64,000 nucleotides of DNA from positions 8,246,001-8,310,000 of the forward strand of contig JBHGNT010000006.1 of NCBI GenBank assembly GCA_043228905.1, in the 5' to 3' direction. Source of the stretch: Azolla caroliniana (lineage: Eukaryota; Plantae; Polypodiophyta). The notes beneath the pieces are model-generated. The model saw only the letters and a list, made by a program, of their open reading frames with translations, was not told where the DNA came from and ran no database searches. Shown here in pieces: positions 1 through 10,415 of this stretch; positions within the stretch are counted from its first letter, which is position 1; each line of letters starts with the position of its first letter. The translations under genes and the position numbers were made by a program.

Positions 1-1796
1 ATGTAAATATGTACATAATACATACAATAAAATTACATATTACATACATATATACATACACAAATGCATATATACATACAAAACACACAAAAATAAATTA
101 CATATTATATATATGTATGTATACACATACACATACATATTAACACCTAAAGGCTAAGATTACATACTATATATATACAAATCTTCATACTTACAAACAA
201 GTTACATATATTACATATATATATACACGTGCACACACATAAATAAATTAGATATTACATAGCATATATTACACAATATTCAAATTTAGACATACATAAA
301 TTACATATATACATATATAGATACATAGATAGATATACATATTACATATGTACATACATATTCCACATATCACCATATATATATATGTATAGATTATACT
401 AGACCATACAAACCACAATACTTATATATATACATACTACACACACACACATTAGATATCCATATGTATACTTACACATAAATAAATTAGATATTACATA
501 GCACATAATCCATACCTATTACACAATATACAAATTTACACATGCATAAATTACATATATACATACATAGATATATTACATATGTACATACATATTCTAC
601 ATATCACCATATGTATAGATCATACTAGACCATACAAACCACAATACTTACACACACACACACACATTAGATATATGTATACTTACACATACATTGGATA
701 TATACATGCATATTACATACATATTACAAACATACATCCATATACGAGCCATATACATATGTACTAAACATGAAAATATCCCAAAAATATAGATACATAT
801 ATACACGTACATACATTCATACATTTACATATATATGACCACATACACACACATACATACATACATTAGATATATATGCACATATTACAAACATATTCAT
901 ACTCATTAAATCATGTATATTGACATATACATATATGCATACACATACATACATATTCCACATATCACCATATATATATGTACATATGCCTACAATGTTA
1001 AAAGTTTTACAAACATACATCCATACACATATATACATACATTACATGCATGCATACACATAAATATGTTACATACACATACATACATACATTTCATCAC
1101 AAACTACAATACATACATGTATGCTTACACATACATAAATATTATGAACACACTCATGTATGCATAGTACACTATTACACATACAAACATACATGCATTG
1201 CATATTACATATATATACATATGTACATGCATACATGTACATTCATGTGTCTACATACATACATTGCATATGCATATATTACAATCACATTCATATACAT
1301 TGAATCATGTACATTGTCATATATATGCATACACGTATGTACATTCATACATGGACATACCTATATTCATTTATATATTGCTACTGTCTACATATACATA
1401 AATTAGATATATACATAAATATTACAATCACACATCCATACACATTGAATCATGTACATTGTCATATGGATATATGCATACACATACATACATACATGTA
1501 TGTATACATACATACATTAGATATGGATATATGCATACACATATGTACATTCGTATATGGACATACATATCTTCATTTATACATTGCTACACATACATAC
1601 ACATATATACATCAGATATCTACATAGATATTGTGCATATATTACAATCACACATCAATACACATTGAATCATGTACATTTGCATATGCATATATGCATA
1701 CACATACATACATGACATATGCATATATGCATACACATATATACATTCGTACATGGACATACATATAGTCTTTTATACATTGCTACATGTAAATAC

Positions 1797-1828
<32 letters not shown>

Positions 1829-2642
1829 TAGATATATACACACATACGTATATATATATACACCTACATATAGTCTTCTATACATACACACACATTACAT
1901 ATGGATATATGCATACACATATGTACATTCGTACATGGACATACATATATTCATTTATACATTGCTACATATACATACACATATATATACATAGATATTA
2001 TGCACATATTACAATCACACATCCATACACATTGAATCATGTACATTTGCATATGCATATATGCATACACATACATACAATCTTTTATACATTGCTACAT
2101 GTACATACACATACATACATATTACAAACAAATATCCACACCCACACACACACATACAAATATACATACATTACATATTACATATGTACATTCATGTTTA
2201 TTCATTGAAGCATACATATTTTATGCATACATTACATATATATATATTCATTCATTCATGCATGCATGCATACATTATGTGCACATACATACATAACATA
2301 CATTCATACTAAACATACATTCAAATATTCATGTTTTTTTATTTAGATATTTGTTGCCTCCTCCTTTGCTCCCTCCTCTTCTCTGCTCATTTCTGCGATT
2401 GCTTCTTCTCCCCTTCTTTTTGTCCTCGTTTTGCCGCCGCCTCTGTTCTCGTTTTGCCGCCGCCGCCGCCGCTCGCCTTGTCGTGCCGCTTTTGCTCACC
2501 ATTATTCTCTGTTGGGGCTGCCACAACTACTCTACAAATATTTTACAGGTACACATAAGTACAAACATAAACCAACACATAAATTCTTAGCCACACACAC
2601 ACACGTACATACATACATACATACATACATACATACATACAT

Positions 2643-2708
<66 letters not shown>

Positions 2709-3020
2709 GCCATACATACAATAAACGAAATTAATACATTACAATACAATATGTACATATATACACACATACCTATATACACATACATACACATTTACAC
2801 ATATAACACATACATACAATACAATATGTACACACATACATACATACACATGGAATACAAACAATACATACATAAACACACAAACACATGTGTAGAATAC
2901 ATATACATACACACATGTACACACATATATGTTGTATGGAACATACATACACACATACCTATATACACTTACATACATACACATTTACACATATAACACA
3001 TACATACAATACAATATGTG

Positions 3021-3090
<70 letters not shown>

Positions 3091-3678
3091 AAGAATATGC
3101 ATACACATATGGACACATATATATGTTGTATGGAACATACATACACACACACAAACATAACACACAACACACACATGAAATACATATAATAAATGCAATT
3201 AAATAAAATGCAATACAATATGTACATAATACACACATACCTATACAACATGCATACAATCCATACAATACCTATATACACATATAATGCACACATACAT
3301 ACATACATAAACCAACACATAAATTCTTAGACACACACACACACACGGGCCATACATACAATAAACGAAATTAATACATTACAATACAATATGTACATAT
3401 ATACACACATACCTATATACACATACATACACATTTACATATATAACACATACATACAATACAATATGTACACACATACATACATACACATGGAATACAA
3501 ACAATACATACATAAACACACACACACACATGTGTAGAATATACATACACACATGTACACACATATATGTTGTATGGAACATACATACACACATACCTAT
3601 ATACACTTACATACATACACATTTACACATATAACACATACATACATACACATTTACACATATAACACATACATACAT

Positions 3679-3739
<61 letters not shown>

Positions 3740-3975
3740 GAATATACATACACATATGGACACATATATATGTTGTATGGAACATACATACACACATACC
3801 TATATACACATATATACACTTACATACATACACATTTACACATATAACACATACATACAATACAATATGTGCACACATACATACATAAACACACACACAT
3901 ACGCACACGTGTAGAATATACATACACATATGGACACATATATATGTTGTATGGAACATACACACACACACACAA
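1..3975. repeat. Low-complexity CA/TA/CATA microsatellite-like field with larger duplicated blocks
   Basis: Dominated by ACAT/CATA/(CA)n; long (CA)n runs near 2645-2706, 3028-3087 and 3681-3735; block GGGCCATACATACAATAAACGAAATTAATAC recurs at ~2707 and ~3347. The H/T/Y/I- or C/V/M/Y-rich ORFs here are repeat artefacts. Confidence 0.9.
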
Positions 3976-4297
3976 ACGTATTGTTGAGGATGGGACTGTG
4001 ATTAAGCAGAATGTTAAGTGGGATAGCTCAAATGATTTACTTTTGGGTTTTTGTGGGCTGAAGTCATCCAATCATCAATGTGTCTCATCATGTATGATAA
4101 AGGTGGGTGACTCTAATGCTGGTTATGAAACCATTGTTAGCTCCTTTAAAGACTATGTGGTTGGACACTATGCTAGGGTGTTAATTGCGAATCCTCTTCA
4201 CCCTAAACTTCCACGAGTAGTATTGGTTGTACAATGTACATGTAATTGCTTTGATACAGATTTTGTAAAATGCCAATGGAATGAAGTGGAAACTTTA
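3974..4297 (+). pseudogene. P-element-like DDE transposase, 5' fragment (interrupted by LTR retrotransposon)
   Basis: Translates RIVEDGTVIKQNVKWDSSNDLLLGFCG...QWNEVETL, similar in pattern to the first-catalytic-Asp block of P-type transposases (DExxIK...D...GF). Ends exactly at TSD CTTTA and joins 13568 in frame. Confidence 0.7.
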
Positions 4298-4754
4298 TGT
4301 TACCCGGACCCGGACAGTCAGTTTTACCGAACTGGTGGGAAAGCGTCGAAAACAGAGTCGGTTCGGATCGACTGTTCGGATCAATGACTCAGCAGTAAAA
4401 CGAAGAGAACTAAGTTAGTTAGATAATTTTGTAAATCTTGTTAGGGAGTAGGAATAGTTCTTGATGAGAAAAGACCTTCGGTATACCTATAAAAGGGAAC
4501 CAAAGGCATTGTAAGAAAGGTCGTTTTATTTAGTAATATAAGTTTAAGTTAGGAATATCTTGTACGGATTCTGTGTTTCTCTGTTGTCTATGATCTTAAG
4601 TGCAAGCTTCCTAATTTATAACTAAGTAACGATCACGGTAATTACCGATTAATATAGCATAATTCCGTTCGTAAAACACAATTCCTTGTTAGAACGTTGA
4701 GTAGCGACGTTCACTCTTCTGTATCGGTAATAGTTAGTAATTAGCCGATTAACA
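4298..4754 (+). repeat. 5' LTR of element 1
   Basis: TGTTACCCGG...GATTAACA; TATAAAA at 4488-4494; I see only one mismatch to the 3' LTR by eye (ACTGG vs ACAGG). Confidence 0.97.
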
Positions 4755-4765
4755 CAGAAGAATTT

Positions 4766-4778
4766 TGGCACGCCCGGT
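4766..4778 (+). promoter_or_regulatory. Primer binding site, tRNA-Arg-like (TGGCACGCCCGGT)
   Basis: Starts with TGG, 11 nt after the 5' LTR; resembles the TGGCACGCCC tRNA-Arg PBS known from Tat-type elements (tRNA identity from memory). Confidence 0.7.
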
Positions 4779-4813
4779 TACATCTGCAATTAAGCAGAGA
4801 ACAATTCGAATGG

Positions 4814-7363
4814 ATGTCGTATGAAGAGGAGGCACCGGTCAGTTGTAAGCGCCCTCGTACAAGGTCAGTTACGAAGGTAGTGCAGCAAGCGTTCATTACG
4901 CAAGAACAGCCGGAATCGAGCACAAAGTGGTCGAAACTTCCTGACTTATCCGATCAATTACCTTCAGACGAAAAACAGACGGAAGAGGTATCGTTTTACG
5001 ACATTTGGGACGATATGCCTTATACTTATTCTAAGTTCCGGGAAGGAACAGATGCGGAAGCACATGTTAGGGATTTCTTAACGACATGGGAGATTAACCA
5101 TGGAGCTCAGCGATTGTCGGCAAATGCCGAAGATAAGTCAAAAATCGCTGAGTTTGTCTTATCATTAGACGGATATTCCGCTAATTGGTTTGCGCAGAAC
5201 GGTCTTCAAGGATTTCCATCCTTCGAAGTATTAACTAGTAAATTTTTACAATTATTTCATCAACAAATTCCGCAGAAGGATTTGATTGCGCAATTTTATG
5301 CGTTATATCAAGAAAAAAATGAAACAGTATCTCAGTTTGTGATACGATTTCAGAACTTACAGCTTCAGATTTCAAGACCGATTCCGGATAAGGAATTAAA
5401 AGAAGTCTTTCTAGAAGCTGTAAAAGAACCATTAAGGACGACATTGAAAGTGTTCGATTTTCGAAATCAGACTATCGAACAAGTCATTGATAAAGCAATA
5501 GAAATGGGTCGACCACCGGTCAATGTTCAGAGTATGGACATGTCGGCATTACACCGTACATTACCAACAATGGAGGAGTTACAATTTCGACAAGCAGTTC
5601 AATGCACCACTTGTTTAAATACGGGGCATTCGGCAATTGACTGTACGTTAAGAACACATTGTACAATATGTCATTCAAAATTACATTCCGTAGAACAATG
5701 TGAATATAATCTGCTTAATAAGACTACGGCGTCAGTACGACAAATTTTTGCTGACAATGGTTACCAAAATAACACTAATCTGTTCAATGGTTATCAAAAT
5801 AATAATTTTTCACAAAATCAGCAAAATGTACAACAGAACCCGGTTCTACAGCCAAATCAGATCTTTTCACAACAAAATATGCAACCCACTCAAGTGACTC
5901 AAGCATTTCAACCAGGTTTTGCTCAATCCAACCCACCATTCGTACAGAATCCGAATCAATATTTTCAACAAAATAATCAAAGTTTCCAACAAGGTAATCC
6001 ACCATTTCAAGGGTTTCAACAGAACTGTCCGAATGTGCAACCGAATTCTACATTTCAACCAAATCCGGCATTTCAACCGGGTAATATGACTTTTCAACAT
6101 AATACTCAAACTGTTCCACAAAATAATCAAATGTTTCAACAGAGTAATTTTCCGCCAAATCAGGAGTTCGGGATACCACACAATATAGCACAACCAAATG
6201 ATAATACTGAACAATTTAGGCCGAATAGGTATAAAAACAAGAGATTTTACAAACCAAAAGCTACACGTCAATACCAACAAAACCCGAATGGTAATGAAGA
6301 GCAGCAATTTAATAACGGGCAATTTGCACATGGAGAGACCAGTGCAACATTTGTGCCCACTTGTTACATTTGTCGACAACTAGGCCATTATGCTAATCAA
6401 TGTCCGGTTAAAGGAAAGGGTCCAGCAGTTAATATGGTAATACCGGAAGTTCAGCAAGTAACGACACGCAGCAAAAGCAAACAATCAGAGTGGGAAATTC
6501 AGGAAGAAGTTCGGAAGGCGGCAAAGGAATGGGTGGATGAAGCAAATCAAAGTAATGTGAATCGAATGTTACAAGACAATAACATTGACCAGGACATCGC
6601 TGTACAACAGTCATTGGAGAATAAGGAACAGGAAGAAACTTGGAAACTGTTGGCTGATTGCCAAGTGTCATTACCACTTAAGGGCTTACTTAAGTTAGTA
6701 CCAAGGTTTACAGAAAAAGTGGCAGCATTAATTGCATATAAAGGTTCCGAACAAATAGCAGTACACTACAATCAGCCAAGTAATAACCCTTCGATCATGG
6801 ATGAACAGAATCCGTCTATTAAGGTAATACTTTACGGGCAAGAAATCGGAAATGTGATTATAGATGGAGGCTCGGGTGTTAATGTGATTAACAAAACTAC
6901 ATGTGAAAAACTGGGAATCACGGAATGGGAAGCATGTCCGTTTTGGTTACGAATGGCAGATACAAGTACGGTACGACCGATTGGTTTGCTTCGACAACTG
7001 GATGTAATAATCGGGGGACACAGTTTTCAGATTTCGGCAGTAATTTTGCAGTTAGAAACACAGGGAGCATACCCCTTGTTATTGGGGAGACCATGGTTAA
7101 AGACAACTAATATTAAACAAAATTGGAAACAAAATGTGCTAACATTTAGAAAAGGAAAAAACAAGGTCAGGATTCCGACGCACAACAAAGTGACAACAAG
7201 CAAACAGAGTTTACCTGTATATGCAGAAGCAGTTAATATGATGGAAGGATTGGACGAGGAAGAAGAAAGTCAGTATTTTGATGATAATCAAAAAATCATC
7301 CCTCTATTTGAGGTAGATATTTTGCAAGCATTAACACCATATGTAGACTCACACCATATGTAG
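4814..7363 (+). CDS. gag: Gag-protease polyprotein (849 aa)
   Basis: Retrotransposon gag core (LYQEKNETVSQFVIRF); three CX2CX4HX4C knuckles (CTTCLNTGHSAIDC, CTICHSKLHSVEQC, CYICRQLGHYANQC); aspartic protease IIDGGSGVN...LLLGRPWL. Confidence 0.93.
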   Translation: MSYEEEAPVSCKRPRTRSVTKVVQQAFITQEQPESSTKWSKLPDLSDQLPSDEKQTEEVSFYDIWDDMPYTYSKFREGTDAEAHVRDFLTTWEINHGAQRLSANAEDKSKIAEFVLSLDGYSANWFAQNGLQGFPSFEVLTSKFLQLFHQQIPQKDLIAQFYALYQEKNETVSQFVIRFQNLQLQISRPIPDKELKEVFLEAVKEPLRTTLKVFDFRNQTIEQVIDKAIEMGRPPVNVQSMDMSALHRTLPTMEELQFRQAVQCTTCLNTGHSAIDCTLRTHCTICHSKLHSVEQCEYNLLNKTTASVRQIFADNGYQNNTNLFNGYQNNNFSQNQQNVQQNPVLQPNQIFSQQNMQPTQVTQAFQPGFAQSNPPFVQNPNQYFQQNNQSFQQGNPPFQGFQQNCPNVQPNSTFQPNPAFQPGNMTFQHNTQTVPQNNQMFQQSNFPPNQEFGIPHNIAQPNDNTEQFRPNRYKNKRFYKPKATRQYQQNPNGNEEQQFNNGQFAHGETSATFVPTCYICRQLGHYANQCPVKGKGPAVNMVIPEVQQVTTRSKSKQSEWEIQEEVRKAAKEWVDEANQSNVNRMLQDNNIDQDIAVQQSLENKEQEETWKLLADCQVSLPLKGLLKLVPRFTEKVAALIAYKGSEQIAVHYNQPSNNPSIMDEQNPSIKVILYGQEIGNVIIDGGSGVNVINKTTCEKLGITEWEACPFWLRMADTSTVRPIGLLRQLDVIIGGHSFQISAVILQLETQGAYPLLLGRPWLKTTNIKQNWKQNVLTFRKGKNKVRIPTHNKVTTSKQSLPVYAEAVNMMEGLDEEEESQYFDDNQKIIPLFEVDILQALTPYVDSHHM

Positions 7364-7372
7364 ACTCACACG

Positions 7373-10190
7373 ATGGAAGAAGTGCCAATCGATAAGCAAA
7401 CAATAAAAGAAATACGAATGCAACAAGAAGCTACAGATAAGGAATTGCAGGTATCTCAGAGAGTGCAAGCCTCAGCATTGGAGGAGATTGATTTGGCAGG
7501 AGTAGAGGATGCTGAAAGAAAAACAATCTTGATTGCTAGAGATTTGACGGTAAATGACAAACAGACATTAACAACATTACTATTACAATATAAAGATGTT
7601 TTTGCATGGTCCTTTGACGATATGAAAGGTCTGGATCCCGCTTTTTGTCAACATCAAATCAATTTGCATAAAGATGCAAAGCCAGTACAACAACGCAGGT
7701 ACAGGTTGAATCCGAATTATGCTATCAAAGTAAAAGAAGAAATCGATAAACTCTTAAAAGTAGGATTTATTCGACCCGTCAAAAAATCAACATGGCTGAG
7801 TCCGATAGTAGTAGTCCCGAAAAAGAATGGGAAAATTCGTGTATGTGTGGATTACAGAAAATTGAATGCAGCGACAATTACGGATGCGTTTCCGTTGCCA
7901 TTCACAGATGGGATATTAGATGCAGTAGCGGGACATGAAATTTATAGTTTCTTGGATGGGTTCAGTGGGTACAACCAAGTACGGATGAATCCGGAAGATC
8001 AGGAAAAGACAGCTTTCGTCACAGAATGGGGTGTCTTTGTGGCAGTAGTCATGATGTTCGGTTTAAAAACAGCTCCAGCTACATTTCAGCGGGTAATACA
8101 GGAAATATTCGGGGAATATATTCCAGCTTTCATGCAGGTGTTTTTAGATGATTTTGCAGTATATAGTCGGAAAGCTGATCATTTTGAGCATTTACGGCTA
8201 TGTTTAGAAAAATGTCGAAAAGGGCGTCTTAGTTTAAATCCAGCCAAATGCGCATTCGGAGTAATGAGTGGTACATTACTTGGGCATATTGTCAGTCAAG
8301 AAGGGATTGCAGTGGACCCAGATAAAGTTAAAGCAATTATTGAGGCAACACCACCAACAAATGCTAAAGCTCTAAGTAGATTTTTGGGTCAAATTCGGTG
8401 GCACAGTAGAATGATGAGATATCTAGCAGACATTGCTATTCCGTTACACACAGCAGTACACAAAGTTCCTTTTATATGGACAAGTATAGAACAAGATGCG
8501 TACGAATGTCTCAAGAAGATGCTGACGAAGGTTCCGGTAGTTCAACCACCGGACTGGAACAAACCATTTCATGTTTTCGTCGATGCGTCGGACATTGCCA
8601 TAGGCAGTGCTTTAATGCAATTATCCGAACCAAACTGGTATAGGCCGGTATACTATGCCAGTAGGAAACTTTCGTCGGCCGAAAGAAACTATTCAACAAC
8701 CGAAAGAGAAGCTTTGGGAATGATATATAGTGTGAACAAATTTCGACATTACCTTTTGGGAGCACAGCACGCGATTGCTGACTATCTCAGTCGGCTTGAG
8801 TCTGGAGAAGAAGCGGTTGGGGTTAAAGATGATTTTCCAGATACTCAATTATTTCGGGTGGAGGCAGTAAAAGCACATGAAGTGAATGAGGAAAAAGAGG
8901 ATGAATGGATTTCCGAAATGACGATATTTCTATCAACAGGAATTCCGGCCGAACACATGTCGACAAATGAAAGAAAAAGAATTGCAGTACGAAGTCGGAA
9001 TTTTTGTTTATTTAATGACATGTTGTATCATAAAGGAGCGGATGGAATATGGCGAAGGGCAGTACGAAAATTTGAAAAATCAGCCATATTAACAGAGTCA
9101 CATTGTGGAATTGCTGGCGGTCATTACGCAGGAGAAGCAACAGCCAGAAAAATATGGAATAGCGGGTTATGGTGGCCAACGGTGATGAAAGATGCTAACG
9201 AGTACTGTAAGAAATGCGATTTGTGTCAAAGAATGGGGCAACCAACCGAAAAGGATCGAATGCCTTTTCAACCGGTTTTACCTCTTGAGCCATTTCAGAA
9301 ATGGGGCTTAGATTTTGTTGGCCCATTCAAACCAGCAGCTGCAAGAACCGGTAATCGATATATCATAATTGCGACTGACTATTGCACAAAATGGGTTGAA
9401 GCAAAAGCTCTCAGGGACAATACGGCAGCATCCACAGCAAAATTCCTGTATGAGTATATATGGTGTCGATTCGGTTGCCCAATAGAATTGGTAAGCGATC
9501 AAGGCACTCATTTTATTAACAAGTTAATTAACGAATTAACCAATTACTATGCCGTAGTTCATAAGAAAAGTACGCCTTACTATCCCCAAGCTAATGGATT
9601 GGCAGAATCGACAAATAAAACAATTCAAACAATTTTAAAGAAGATAGTGAATGAAAATCGTACTGATTGGGATCAAAAGTTAAATAGTGCATTATGGGCA
9701 TATCGTACTTCGTACAAAACATCCATTAAATCAACACCTTTCCGAATGGCATTCGGACTCGAAGCCGTTATGCCAATCGAATTTCAAATTCCGACACTTC
9801 GTATCCAAGCAACGAATAAGTTAAATGAAATAGAATCGGAGCAGATACGCAAAGAGGCTTTATTAGTATTAGAAGAAGAACGGATTCAATCAATGTCAGC
9901 ACTAGAACACAAGCAGAGACAAATCAAGGCATTCGTAAATCGACATCGAAGGAAATCGGAAGAGCAATTCGAAATTGGGAAACCGATATTGGTATTCCAG
10001 ACGAGAATGGGACTTATGCCTGGGAAACTCCGGTATAGATGGACAGGTCCAGTATGGATAATTAATAGTAAAAATGGTACGTACCAACTGGGATCATTAA
10101 CCGGAGAGGTTTTACCAAAATGGGTAAATGGATTTCGGCTTAAACCGTATTTGGGAGATATGCCGGTAAATCCGTTTATTCAAACGGAAG

Positions 10191-10195
<5 letters not shown>
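7373..10195 (+). CDS. pol: Pol: reverse transcriptase, RNase H (internally deleted), integrase (940 aa)
   Basis: RT motifs CVDYRKLN, LDGFSGYNQ, MMFGLKTAP, FLDD; RNase H VDASD...EREAL; integrase HHCC and WGLDF...SDQG...NGLAESTN. Confidence 0.95.

Positions 10196-10234
<39 letters not shown>
10194..10234 (+). repeat. Poly(A) tract (~41 nt) starting in the pol stop codon
   Basis: Uninterrupted A run beginning within TAA. Confidence 0.9.
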
Positions 10235-10236
<2 letters not shown>

Positions 10237-10415
10237 AACTAACTCACTCAATAGTTCTTGTCAAATGCAGAAATACAATCTTGCCATAACAGTATGAATC
10301 GACTATAAATAGAAAGAGGAATTGCATGATTATTAGTAACAAGTACAACCACTACACGTAGAGTGAATACTAATTAATTCCTACATTAATAGCAATTACT
10401 ATTCTTTAAGTCATC

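Noticed and set aside
582-3971. Dozens of short ORFs rich in H/T/Y/I or C/V/M/Y
   Set aside because: Translations of CA/TA/CATA repeats in all frames; no domain signal.
4298-4387. C-terminal extension of ORF 3869-4387
   Set aside because: Read-through into the LTR; the true frame continues at 13568.
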